From the NCBI RefSeq assembly GCF_006345805.1, contig NC_043008.1:67084001-67148000 (forward strand): a stretch of DNA of 64,000 nt. Direction: 5' to 3'. The translations under genes and the position numbers were made by a program. This document shows, piece after piece, positions 1 through 12,705 of this stretch (position 1 is its first letter; every line of letters begins with the position of its first letter). The DNA comes from Octopus sinensis (taxonomy: Eukaryota). The notes beneath the pieces are model-generated. The model was not told the DNA's origin. It was given only the letters and a program-made list of their open reading frames with translations, and did no database searches.

Positions 1-959
1 AAAAGGGATTCACAAAATAGTATTAGGCTTAGAAAATAAATACTGGAGTCATTCCTTTGACTAAATCCTTCAAGGTAATGTCTCAACATGGCCACAATCC
101 AATGACTGACAGAAGTAAAAGATAAACTTCTCTTAGTTCTTATATCACACAAACAGTAGCATATACATGTAGTCTCTTGGCAAGTCTATACTACAACATA
201 CAGTGACCATTTCCTGCTTTAAGCTGTTGTACTTACACCGGAACTACTTCCAGAGATAGTACAAACATCAGAGTTTCTGTGTCAGTGGCACATAAAAAGT
301 ACCATTCAAACTTTGGGCCTCACAGAGGCAGTGACAAGTGACAGAGATCTTTGGTAATACACCAAACTTGAAAAGACCCATCAAGCCAAGTGAGATTGTA
401 GTCATGGCTGATACTGGTGTCATGCAACTAGCACCCATACTAGTGGCATGTAAAAAGCACCTATTACACTCTTGGAGTGGTTGGTATTAGGAAGGGCATC
501 CAGCTGTAGAAAACATGCCAAAACAGATTGGAACCTGGTGCAGCTTCCCGGCTTTCCAGTTTTCAGTCAAACCATACAACCCATGCCAGAATGGTAAATA
601 GACATTAAATGGTGATGCTAATGATGATGGTATTGGCATGGTTCTGTACTCAAGAAATTTACTTTGTAACCATGTGGTTTCAGATTCAGTCCTACATTGG
701 TACCTTCAGTAGGTGTGTGTCTTCTACTAAAGCTCTAATTCAACTGAAGTCTTATAAGTGAATTTGGTAAATGGCAACTATGTGTGTATTATCGTTTTTC
801 ACTTAGTGAACTGGCTATAAGAAATGAACAGAGAGACCCAAACTTAAAATCACCACTGGGATCGATTTGTTTAGCAATATCCCATAAGGTGGTGCTCCAC
901 CATGGATACACTTTAATGACTGAAACCTACTAACCCCTATGCAAGAAAAGTAAACATCA

Positions 960-1557
960 AGGTGGCGAGCTGGCAGAAACGTTAGCATGCTGGTGAAATG
1001 CTTAGCGGTATTTCGTCTGCCGTTACGTTCTGAGCTCAAATTCCGCCGAGGTCGACTTTGCCTTTCATCCTTTCGGGGTCGATAAATTAAGTACCAGTTA
1101 CGCACTGGGGTCGATGTAATTGACTTAATAGCTATGTCTGTCCTTGTTTGTCCCCTCTGTGTTTAGCTCCTTGTGGGTAATAAAGAAATAGGTATTTCGT
1201 CTGCCGTTACATTCTGAGTTCAAATTCTGCCGAGGTCAACTTTGTCTTTCATCCTTTCGGGGTCAATTAAATAAGTACCAGTTACGCACAGAGGTTGATA
1301 TATTCGACTTAATCCATTTGTCTGTCCTTGTTTGTCTCCTCTGTGTGTAGCCTCTTGTGGGCAGTAAAGAAATAGGTATTTCATTTGCTGTTATTTTCTG
1401 AGTTCAAATTCCTCCAAGGTTGACTTTGCCTTTCATCCTTTCGGGGTCGATAAATTATGTACCAGTTACACACTGGGGTCGATGTAATCGACTAAATCCC
1501 TTTTTCCGTCCTTGTTTGTCCCCTCTATGTTTAGCCCCTTGTGGGCAATAAAGAAAT
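960..1557 (+). mobile_element. Head-to-tail SINE trimer (family A) within a single 17-bp TSD
   Basis: Repeat units start with GGTATTTC at 1007, 1191 and 1374; AAGAAAAGTAAACATCA at 943-959 and 1558-1574. Confidence 0.92.
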
Positions 1558-2648
1558 AAGAAAAGTAAACATCATAGCTTTAATTCCTGGTTGAAGCTTC
1601 ATTTATGCTACTAATTCTTTTGTGAATGGCATGAAACACATCATTCCATATCCCTTCTCTAAAATATACAGAGCCTTTCTACCAATTCAAAAGAAAACCA
1701 TATTTCTAGATGCTTCTATCCCTCCTTTACAATGCCCTAACTCCAGCTGGATACAATATTTCACACTCAGCCTGAAACAACACTAACTCTAAAACAGCCC
1801 TAACTCTAACTTGATATAATAACTAAAGTATGGTCCAAATAAATCTAACTGCAGTTAGATATGGTACTTGACCTAAAACTTCTCTTAATTTCAGACAAAT
1901 ACACTAATTAACACTTGGCCAATATCCTTCTAAGTTGCTGCCAGATCCAGTGCTTAACACTTGGCTAAAATGATTGCGGTGATGGTAGTGGTAGTGGTAG
2001 TAATGATTGTAGCAGAAGAGATGGTTGTGTTACATTGATGAGGTTGCTGGTGGCATTGTTGTTCTTGGTGGTAGTAGTGGTAGTGATCACAGCAATGTTT
2101 TCAGTGGTAGTAATAATGATGGCAATAGTGGTGATGGTGGCGGTGGTAGTAGGGTGGCAGCAAATTTGGTGATGGTGGTGGTGGTGGTGGTGGTAGTGAC
2201 AGTGATGCTGGTGTTGAGTGTGGTTGTGGTAGCACTGATGTTGATGGTAGTCATGGTGATGATGATGTTGATAGTGGTTATGGCATAATAGTAATGATGG
2301 TGGTGGTGGTGATGGTGGTAGTGATGGTGGTAATACCAGCGATGATGATGATGTTGGTAGCCATGGGGTCAGTGACAACAATGTCGGTGACGATGGTGTC
2401 AGTAATTATTATTATGTGGGGCAGGGGGTCATGGGGATTTGTAATGTTGGCAGCAGTGGCACAGTGGTAGTGAGGTATGGATGATATAGAGAAGATATAG
2501 ATGATAGAGAAGATATAGAACAAAGAATAAAAATATAAACCCCCGAAGCATAAAACAATAAAAACAAAATACAAAAGCAAAATCTTTATCTTTTATCTTT
2601 TACTTATTTCAGCCACTGGACTGCAGCCATGCTAGGCTACTACCTTAA

Positions 2649-3096
2649 CCCTTTTGATACCAGTCTGCGCAAGACCGAATCTGCTTCTGTGATGCAAACT
2701 TCATGTTTAAAGGGATTTTAATTAAAACCTTCTTTCAAAATTTCATGATGATTTATATTCCAAACACCAGGTTAATAATCTTTTCTACTGTAAGCTCAAG
2801 GACTGAAACTCTGAGGGAGGGAGCTAGTCGGTTACATCAACCCCAGTGCATAACTGGTACTTATTTCATTGCCCCTGAAAGGAAGAAAGGTAATATCAGC
2901 CTTGGCGGAATTTGAACTCAGCACGTCAAAACAGATGAAATGTCATTAAGCATTTTGACCAGCATGCTAACAATTCTGCCAGCTCACTGCCTTAACACCA
3001 GGTTAAATAATGACAAATTTTACTAAATTCTTCAACATTTTCAAAATCATTTGAGACAAAGGCAGTATATTTCAAAAGAAATATAGTAATAAAAGG
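2649..3096. mobile_element. piggyBac-like MITE interrupted by a minus-strand SINE (about 2780-2993)
   Basis: TTAA|CCCTTTTGATAC..GTAATAAAAGG|TTAA; AACACCAGGTTA is duplicated around the SINE. Confidence 0.65.
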
Positions 3097-3339
3097 TTAA
3101 TAGGTCCCTTTTTTTCAAGCCTGATACTTATTCTATCAGGTACTTTTGTCAACCTGCTAAGTAACAGGAATGTAAACAAACCAACACAAATTGTCAAGCA
3201 GTGGTAAGAGACAAACACAAAGAAACACACACACACAGATATATACATATATTACATAGATAGGTAGGGTAAATAAAACTGTTTTCTCTTGAAGAAAATT
3301 TGCTTATTCCATTATTACAATCCAGTATGTTGTTGCTGT

Positions 3340-3647
3340 GTGGAGGCACATGGCCTAGTGGTTAGAGCAGCGGACTCGCAGTCTAGGGATCATGGGTTCG
3401 AATCTCAGACAGGGCAGTGTGTGTGTTTATGAGCAAAACACCTAAGCTCCACACAGCACTGGCAGAAGGTAATGGTGAACTTCTACTGACTCTTTCGCCA
3501 CAGCTTTCTCTCACTCTTTCCTCCTGCATCTTGCAGCTCACCTGCGACAGACCGGCATCCCATCCAAGTGGGGAACCTATACACCAAGGAAACCGGGAAA
3601 CCGTCCCTATGAGCCAGGCATGGCTCGAGAAGGAACAAACAAAAACA
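3340..3647 (+). mobile_element. SINE family C (tRNA-Arg-like head)
   Basis: A box TGGCCTAGTGG, B box GGTTCGAATC; TSD ATGTTRTTGCTGT. Confidence 0.88.
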
Positions 3648-3954
3648 ATGTTATTGCTGTATGTATTATTTGATTCTCTGAAGAATTTCAAATAGGAAAT
3701 CTCTTAGATGTTTATCAAACATGTAAAACTTTGTAATTTCTATTAGTAAATGAAACGTATGTAATGGTGAATTAATTAAACCAAAACATTTCCCAATATC
3801 CTGTTTTCATATACAGACAGATAGACAGACAAGCAGATAGACAGACATGAACAAACTGCTTCTTTCACTTAAGCAAGGTGCCATGCAGTGGGACTAAATC
3901 CAAGACCACATGATTGGGAGGCAAGTTGTTTAACACACAGCCACACCTAACCAT

Positions 3955-4274
3955 TTAAAAAACTTTTTTTTTATGTGCCCTTTTCACCTAGCCAGGCTCA
4001 TGGGCCCAGTTTCCCGGTTTCTATGGTGTATGTGTTCCCCCCAGCTGGACGGGATGCCAGTCCATCGCAACATTACTCAAGAAACAGGAAGAAAGAGTGA
4101 GAGAAAGTTGGGGTGAAAGAGTACAACAGGGGTTGCCACCATCCCCTGCCAGAGCCTCGTGGAGCTTTAGGTATTTCTGCTCAATAAACACACACAACGC
4201 CTGGTCTGGGAATCGAAACCACGATCCTCCGACCGCGAGTCCGCTGCCCTAACCACTGGGCCATTGCGCCTCCA
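3955..4274 (-). mobile_element. SINE family C
   Basis: TSD CACACCTAACCAT. Further copies at 23744-24045(+) and 33640-33938(-). Confidence 0.88.
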
Positions 4275-4724
4275 CACACCTAACCATACAAAATAATAAT
4301 AAAAAAAAGACAATCATTGACTGGGAATTTGAAGTGAGTTCAAGTAAAAACTGAGGTGTCTAACAAAACAATGCTCATTATAAGTCTACAGAACTACTGA
4401 GTATCTCCTTGTATTCTCTTCTTGGACAGATCAATATTGCCGATGATTGACCTAATTCTTCAACATCTATGTCAATCTAAGATGTGTTTGATTATGTCTG
4501 TAAGCCAAAGAGAAAAAAAAGTCTTGGAACAATTCCAGCCAGCAAATTGTTTGCAATCTTACTTTTGGTTGTTTGTTATTGTTGTTGCATATTATTCTCA
4601 CAAGTGATTTCTCTATAAACTACATTCCTGTTTATGTATATGTGTATGCATGCTCATACATACATACATATGTACGTATATATATACATACACATATACA
4701 CACACACGCACATACATATATATG

Positions 4725-6190
4725 TGAGAGTGGGCTGAAAAGTTCATAGGCTGACTATAAAGGAGTGATGCTAGAGCTGTGAAATCATGTATGCATTAAT
4801 TTCAACTTATTAATAGACGCATTGCTTCTTTCCAGTTAAACTGACATCACACTGTTCAAAGAAGACTGCAAAAATAACTTGTAGTGACTTTTCTTGAAAA
4901 TGGACAAAATTTTGGAGATGTACTTACATAGCAAGTGACCTGATCTGAAATCGTGTGCTGGAACGAAAACAATTGCAGTGTGGAAGGTGTTTATAAGCCA
5001 TTTAAGAAAACCGTTAAATTCACTTCAACATTTAAATTTAATTTGTCAAAATATTTTCATTGCTTTGAGACCGCAACCTGTTCACTGACAAAACTCCGTG
5101 CTGCATCAAAATTTTACATTGTAGTATTATCAAGTGCCTGCAGAAAAGGGGTTTAGCCCCTTACAACATTCATGCTGACATGATTGCTACGTTAGGAGAT
5201 GATGCTCCAGCTTTATCAACAGTGTAAAAGTGGGCAGCAGAATTTAGGAGAAGAAGGAAGAGTTTTGAAGATAAACTGAGGTCTGAACATCCCTGCAAAT
5301 GCCACCACTGAGGAAAACACTGATTGTATTCACCACATGCTGATGGATGACAAGTGATTGACTATAAATCAAATAGCCAATATTAGCATATCCTGTGAAA
5401 GAGTTGAGAATATTCTGCTCAATGAACTTAACATGACAAAGTTTTCTGCTCAGTGGATACCATGTCTTCTGACACCTGATCAAAAGTGCACTAGGTGATC
5501 GTATTACAGGAAAATTTTACAGTGTTGGAGGTAGATCCAGATGATTGCTTTGAGCATTTTCTAAGCCAAAATGAGTGCTGGGTTCATCACTTTGGACCAG
5601 AGACAAAGAAGCAGTCCATGCAATGGAAACATCCCTCCTCACCTACTCCAAAAAAAGGCCAAGGTCGTTTCATCCGCAGGGAAAGTGATAGCTTCAGTTT
5701 TTTGGGATGCAAAGGGCATAGTGTTTATTGACTATCTTCAAAAGGGCCACACCATCAATGGAAAGTATCATGCCAACTTGCTGAGGCAGTTACAAAAGGC
5801 TATCAAGACCAACTACCCAGGAAAACTAAACAAAAGGGCCTTGTTTGATCAGGTCAATGCTCCAGCACACAAGTATTTGCTTTCAGTAGCTACTGAGCAT
5901 AACTGTGGCTTGATCACCCTCCCTAATCTCCTGATTTGACCTTGTCTCTCATCTGTTCCCAACATGAAAAAAACACTTGGCTGAGAACCAGTATAGCAGT
6001 GATGATGTCATCAGGTCTGCTGTTGATGGCTTTTTTGACCAACAGGATGAAAGCTTCTTCACCAATGGGATCAAAGCACTGCAACACCAATGAAAAAAGT
6101 GTGTGGATTGCATGTTGAAAAATAAACCACATGTGGTGACATTCCATGAGCGTAACTTGGTCAGCCTATGAAGTTTTCAACTGACCCTCA
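4725..6190 (+). mobile_element. Decayed mariner (irritans/Himar-like) with a nested insertion at about 4914-5106
   Basis: TIRs TGAGAGTGGGCTGAAAAGTTCATAGGCTGAC / GTCAGCCTATGAAGTTTTCAACTGACCCTCA+TA. Remnants: IHADMIATLGDDAPALSTV, ETKKQSMQWKHPSSPTPKK, SAGKVIASVFWDAKG. CAAAATTTT is duplicated at 4905-4913 and 5107-5115 around the insert. Confidence 0.88.
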
Positions 6191-7183
6191 TATGTGTACA
6201 TATATATATATGAATGTATTTATGTATGAAATATATATATCATCATCATCATCATCATTGTTTAATGTCCGCTTTCCATTCTAGCATGGGTTGGACAATT
6301 TGACTGAGGACTGGCGAACCAGATGGCTACACCAGGCTCCAATCTTGATCTGGCAGAGTTTCTACAGCTGGATGCCCTTCCTAACGCCAACCACTCCAAG
6401 AGTGTAGTCCAATAAATAAATAAAAAGGGGTTTGTATGATTGTGTATAGAGGGATATATATTATTCAAAGGAATTCCAACTCTGTTTTTTATGTTTTATT
6501 AATATTCTTTATAATATTAATGTAGAATATAGAATATATAGTATAAATAATATATATATAGTAAAATGAAATGAAGTATTGATTGTCTTATTGAATAGAT
6601 GAAATATTGAATATAAAATATTAAGGGACTAGTATACTTTCTTGCATTAAAGCAGTCTTCAAGGTCCCAGGTTGTGACAGGATATATATATATATATTTG
6701 TTTTTATATATGCGAGTGCATGTGTGTGTACAGATGATAGGAACCAACAAGCGGGTAGGGTGCTCTACAACTTATCCACTCAGCCACTCAAAAGTCTCCA
6801 AAGAAACTTAACACAAACAGTAAGGAAAGGAAAGTGCTAAGAAGATTCTTTGAAAGTATCACTAGTATGCAATATATTCTTTACCATTTTTTTTTCGTCC
6901 TGACAAGAAACTTCAATGTAGCCAAGGAATTATTTTATCGAACCAAGCAAAAATGTATATAGCTAACTAGTTTGGCATTTGAAGAATTAATGGTAAATAC
7001 CATCAGAGCAGTGCACTCAGAAACGTTCTTGCTGCTATTAACTCGTCATGTGACGACTTAACTCATGCTTCAAGACATTAAACATTTCTAGATGTTCTGT
7101 CGATAAAGACCAATCTCAGTGATATATTTATTTATTTACCTACTATTGAGTTAGCCTATTTGCTGTCTATCTATCTATCTATC

Positions 7184-7214
<31 letters not shown>

Positions 7215-7606
7215 CTATCTATCTGTATGTTTGTGCATGTGTGTGTTGTGTGTATGTGTTCCTTTTATTTTAAATGTTATATTGAAGTGGTTAAACCATT
7301 GAAGTATCTTCCATCTTGATACTGTCACTAAATGTTGAACTATACACTCACAATAGTTTCAAGTATGTCTATCGTTCTATCTTGTGCTTGCACTTGCCAT
7401 CTCCTTCATCATCCCTTCTCAGCCAGTCACCTGCCTTTCACTCATACACAATACACCACACACACACATATTGTTCTCTTACTTGTTTCAATCATTGAAC
7501 TGCAGCTCTGCTAAGGGACCACCATAGAGGTTTTTGTTGAATGGATGGACCCCAGCAGCTATTTAATTTTAAGCCTGCTACTTATTTTATAAGTCTCTTG
7601 TTTGTT

Positions 7607-7692
7607 TACCAAGCAGTCACCCACCCAGGTATTAATTAGTCTTGATGTTAACTGATGAGAATCAGTGCATTCAACAAGATATGGGTATTAGC
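7607..7692 (-). pseudogene. Decayed 5S rRNA-derived sequence
   Basis: TACCAAGCAGTCACCCACCCAGGTATTAATTAG aligns by eye to the reverse complement of the 5S internal control region (TCCCAGGCGGTCTCCCATCCAAGTACTAACCAG). Confidence 0.5.
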
Positions 7693-8236
7693 AAATATAT
7701 ATATTTATATAAATATATATATATATTATATATATATATCATCATCATCATCATCATCATTTAACATCTGTTGACCATGCTAGCAGGGGTTGAACAGTTT
7801 GACCAGGGCTGGTAAGCTGGAAGGCTGCACCAGACTCCAGTCTGATTTGGCATGGTTTTCTACGATCGGATACCCTACGTAATGCCAACCACTTTGAGAG
7901 TGTAATTGGTGTTTTTATGTGCCATTTGTATGACACCAGTATTTGCCACAACTGCAATTTTGCTCAGCTTGATGGGTCTTTTTCTCAAGCACGACATAAT
8001 GCCGAAGGTCTCAGTCATTGCCTCCATGAGGCCAACACTTGAAAGGAACTCGGCCACTTTGCCTCTATAAAGCCCAACACTCAAAAGGAACTCAGCCATT
8101 TTGCCTTCGTGAGGTCCAACACTTGAAAGGTGCTCTTCGTGCCAGTGGTGGCATGGGGGCCAGCTATGTGACACCAGCATCAGCCATGACTATGATTTTA
8201 CTTGACTTGACGAGTCTTTTCAAGCATGAGATAATG

Positions 8237-8338
<102 letters not shown>

Positions 8339-8633
8339 TCATATGTATATATATATATAATATATATATATATATATACACATCATATCTATATTACATG
8401 GAAAAATGTGAGCATGAAAAGTCATATTCTTAAGATTATAACCTAGTTTGCAGAATGCAGTCAATTTTTTTTTTAATTTCTATAATGCACAACCTAAATG
8501 AATAATAAAGACAAGGGGAGTATGGTTAAGTTGAAGGTTGATGGAATTTTCCTTTCAGTTCAACACATATGAAAGATTTTAAACGAAACCAAAAGCAATC
8601 AGAGGAAAATACAAAAAAATAGATTAAGTAGTT

Positions 8634-8706
8634 GCCTCCATAGCTCAGTGGTTAGAGCACAGATCTTGTAAACCAGGGGTCGTGAGTTCGATCCTCACTG
8701 GGGGCT
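8634..8706 (+). tRNA. tRNA-Thr(UGU), probably defective or pseudogene (two anticodon-stem mismatches)
   Basis: Cloverleaf read directly: acceptor GCCTCCA/TGGGGGC, D-stem GCTC/GAGC, loop CTTGTAA (anticodon TGT 8667-8669), T-arm GTGAG-TTCGATC-CTCAC, TTTT at 8718-8721. Anticodon stem CAGAT/ACCAG has A.A and A.C mismatches. Confidence 0.85.
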
Positions 8707-8721
8707 TCTGATACACATTTT

Positions 8722-8898
8722 ATAGGCACAGGAGTGGGTGTGTGGTAAGTAGCTTGCTTACCAATCATATGGTTCCGGGTTCAGTCCCACTGCATGGCAC
8801 CTTGGGCAAGTGTCTACTACTATAGCCTCAGGCCAACCTAAGCCTTGTGAGTGTATTTGGCAGACAGAAACTGAAAGAAGCCCGTCGTATATATATAT

Positions 8899-8969
<71 letters not shown>

Positions 8970-9187
8970 ATATATGTTTGTGTGTTTGTGTTTGTCCCCC
9001 CAACATTACTTGACAACTGATGCTGGTGTGTTTACATCCCCATAACTTAGCAGTTCGGCAAAAGAGAATGATAGAATAAGTACTAGGCTTACAAAGAATA
9101 AGTCCTGGGGATCGATTTGCTTGACTAAAGGTGGTGCTCCAGCATGGCTGCAGTCAAATTACTGAAACAAGTAAAAGAATAAAAGAG
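8722..9187 (+). mobile_element. SINE family B (internal microsatellite), directly after the tRNA terminator
   Basis: Head ATAGGCACAGGAGTGG..GGTTCAGTCCC; tail TGAAACAAGTAAAAG. Confidence 0.88.
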
Positions 9188-9475
9188 TACCCCGATTAAG
9201 TCAAGCAAATATGTAAATGCATAAAAGCCACTTATTAAAATCAATTTGTTCAATAACTCATCAATATTTTGTATTTATTTTTATTTTCTATTTAAAGGTT
9301 CAACTTTTTTTAAATAGCAATACCTTTGTTTTAACTTTAATGATGAAGTAATCAATATTACTTCAAAGGTCTACAAACAAAATAATCTTACTACCTCACT
9401 TCTGTAAAAACATTGTAAATTGCCTATAGTGAGCAAATGTAATAGGAAGGATTACCAGAAACATTAAATAATAAC

Positions 9476-9506
<31 letters not shown>

Positions 9507-9509
9507 TAA

Positions 9510-9925
9510 GCCTTTCAACTAAAGGCACAAGGCCTGAAATGTTGAAGGAGGGGTAAATCAATCAACTGACCCCAATACTCAACCGGTACTTAATTTAACA
9601 ACCCCAAAAGGATGAAAGGCAAAGTTGACCTCGGCGGAATTTGAACAGAGAATGTAACATAAAGACAGATGAAATGCTGCTAAGCATTTTGCCCAGTGTG
9701 CTAATGATTCTTTTCTACTAAAGGCACAAGGTCCAAAATTTTGGGGCAGTAGGCCAGTTGATTAGATTAATCCCAGTACGCAACTGGTACTTAATTTATC
9801 GACCCCAAAAGGAGGAAAGGCAAAGTTGACCTCAGCGGAATTTGAACTCAGAATGCAAAGACAGACGAAATATCGCTAAGCATTTCACCCGGTTAGCTAA
9901 TGTTTCTGCCAGCTCACCGCTTTAA
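9510..9925 (-). mobile_element. SINE family A dimer
   Basis: Two units; the second starts at AGAATCATTAGC within the head (junction at about 9711). Confidence 0.8.
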
Positions 9926-9962
9926 ATAATAATGATGATGATGGTGATGGTGATGGTGATGG

Positions 9963-10002
<40 letters not shown>

Positions 10003-10941
10003 AACCTTTTCTACTATAGGTGCAAGGTCTGAGATTTTTTGTGGGGAAGGGGCTAGTCCATTGCATCAACCTTAGTACTCAACTAGTACTGATCTACTAT
10101 GAAAGGATGAAAGGAATAATAATGACAATAGTTCCTTTTATTTTAAAAAATAATGATTATTATTTTTAAAATAATAATAATAAAACTGGAAACATAGCAA
10201 AAAATTATAAAAATGAATTTGAACATTTTTAACCAAAGAACATATTAAATTATTATGTTTCCATTTAATGACATTTAATAAGTGACTTTTAAGCATTTAT
10301 ATATTCATTTTGCTTTCTTGGAATACCCAAGTCTATTTTAGTATTTTCCTTGGATTGCTTAAGCTTCATTTTCAGTTCTGCTTACTGAAAACCAAAGAAC
10401 ACATGAACGTTTGCTATTTTAATCCTTCTAATTCAATTTGCAATGGGAGGGAGGGGGAAGCAGCTTTCCCACCAAAAAGAGAAGAAAAGAAAAGAATTCA
10501 TTACGTCAACAAATGGGAACTTCCTCGATTAATCGATCTGTTACATGAATCTGTAAACTGTGAAACTGAAGGTGGATCTTGATGCAATCTGTTACACAAA
10601 GAAGATTACCTCAATGAAACAGAGCAGCTACTGAGACTCTACTTCACTGAGTGAAAATGTAAGAGATTCGCAGTCTTATATCTACGTTAGTTATTTTTGA
10701 GTAAACACTATCTGGGAGACTTTTTCTTAAAGTAGTGGAAATAGCTAAAAAAACTTTTTGGCTGCTATTTCTAATAATTTCAGTATGTGGCAAAGTAATT
10801 TATTTTACTAAGCCCTAATTATATAACGTAATATTTTGAATACGCCTTGAATGGTCCTTTTACATACTGAACACTACTTGGTGAAATTAATTAATAACTA
10901 ATTGATTTTACCCTTAATTATTGGTATATATATATATATAT

Positions 10942-11338
10942 TCTTTTACTTGTTTCAGTCATTTGACTGAGGCCATGCTGGAGCACCGCCTTTAGTCGAA
11001 CAAATTGACCCTGGAACTTATTCTTTGTAAGCCTAGTACTTATTCTATCAGTATCTTTTGCCGAACCGCTAAGTTACAGTGATGTAAGCACACCAGCATC
11101 GGTTGTCAAGCGATGTTGGGGGGACAAACACAGACATACAAACATATACACACACACACATATATATATATACATATATACGATGGGCTTCTTTCAGTTT
11201 CCGTCAACCAAATCCACTCACAAGGCTTTGGTCGACCCAAGAGTATAGTAGACACTTGCCCAAGATGCCACGCAATGGGACTGAACCTGGAACCATGTGG
11301 TTGGTAAACAAGCTACTTACCACACAGCCACTCCTACG

Positions 11339-11343
<5 letters not shown>
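10942..11343 (-). mobile_element. SINE family B
   Basis: Reverse complement of the family B pattern. Confidence 0.88.
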
Positions 11344-11380
<37 letters not shown>

Positions 11381-11818
11381 CATATATATCATCATTGTTT
11401 AACTTCTACTTTCCCTGCTGACATGGGTTGGACAGTATGATATGGAGCTGGTTAGCATTGAAATGTCCAGACTCCCGCTATCTGTTGAAGCATGGATGCC
11501 CTTCCTAATGCCAACCACTTAACACAGTGTACTGGGTGCTTTTTGCCTGCCACCAGAATGGGTGCATTTATGCAGCACCAACAGAAGTGTATATATTAAC
11601 GCAGCACCAGCAAGGGTGATTTTTAAATAGCGCTGTCACCTGAAAGGCCAAGCCTGTATACGTGGAAAACAGTGATTTCACTTAGCTTGACATGTCTTAT
11701 CAAGTACAGCAAACTGCCACATCTCCCAGTCTAAAGATCCTTTCTCACCACTTCATCCCACATCTTCCTGGGTCTACCCCTTCCACAGACACCCTCCACA
11801 ATTATCGTATATATATAT

Positions 11819-11863
<45 letters not shown>

Positions 11864-12224
11864 GATAAATACAACTGAGGCAATTTCTAACTAAAATTAC
11901 CATCTTTATAGTTTAATATAGATACACTGTTAATAGGCAAGTTACTGCAGTATTTGTCCTGAGATAACATTTGTTATGGACTTACTGTGTTAAAAACAAT
12001 AAATATCAGAGATGAAAACTTGTCCCAGTAGTGGTCAGCAAGAGCATCAAATTCGTTTTTGCTCTTTTGGTCTTTTCAGTGGGGTACACTTGCGGCTTTA
12101 TTGACTGTATTTATAGGGTGTGTTCACGGAAAGTTCCAGACAGGCTACAGAACAATCATGTGAACAACAGTCATTCATTGGATAAAATCTCAGTTGTGAG
12201 CAGTACAAATTTATTATTCCTATA

Positions 12225-12330
12225 CAAGAATGTTGTTGACAGTAACTTTGGAGTTTCGGCTAGATTATCTAGCAGTCTGATGATGGCTTAGCTGGCCGAA
12301 ACTTCAAAGTCACTGTCAACAACATTCTTG
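12225..12330. repeat. 39-bp inverted repeat overlapping the 3' half of the hammerhead
   Basis: 12225-12263 versus 12292-12330: 36/39 reverse-complement identity. Confidence 0.9.
12272..12316 (+). ncRNA. Minimal type I hammerhead ribozyme (Penelope-type)
   Basis: GCAGU-CUGAUGA-U-GGCU(UAGCU)GGCC-GAAA-CU(UCAA)AG-UC-ACUGU. All core nucleotides are present, with a GUC cleavage triplet (C at 12311). Confidence 0.75.
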
Positions 12331-12340
12331 AAGAAGAATA

Positions 12341-12378
<38 letters not shown>

Positions 12379-12480
12379 ATATATATATATAAATATATGT
12401 GTGTATATATATATATATAATGTACTGTTCCATGATGGTAAGATCAACTAAAAAAAGTACTCCATGTGGTGAGAGATAAA

Positions 12481-12684
12481 TATTATCTAATAGACCAAAT
12501 GTATGTTTTTATGCGCTAGTAATAGTTTCATATGTTGAAAATACCACAAACATATTCATCAAGCACAAACCACATATTGTAAAGAACTCATTATGATATA
12601 TGGCTTGTTACTGATGAATATGTTTGGGGCAGTTCTCAACATATGAAACTGTTAGTAGCGCTGTATTGGATCTATTAAATAATA
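12481..12684. repeat. About 200-bp imperfect palindrome; each arm carries a decayed hammerhead
   Basis: Arms are about 12481-12577 and 12597-12684. Right arm (+): CTGATGA-ATATGTT..AACATAT-GAAAC-TGTTA-GTA. Left arm (-): TGTGC-TTGATGA-ATATGTT..AACATAT-GAAAC..TA-GCGCA. Confidence 0.75.
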
Positions 12685-12705
12685 TATATATATATATATA
12701 TATAG

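Noticed and set aside
960-1557. Regularly spaced repeats as a CRISPR-like array
   Set aside because: Whole units are homologous with no unique spacers; it is a eukaryotic SINE multimer.
7643-7695. CTGATGA-GAAT..ATTC hammerhead-like motif
   Set aside because: GAAA is missing and stem III fails; it is better explained as the antisense of a decayed 5S sequence.
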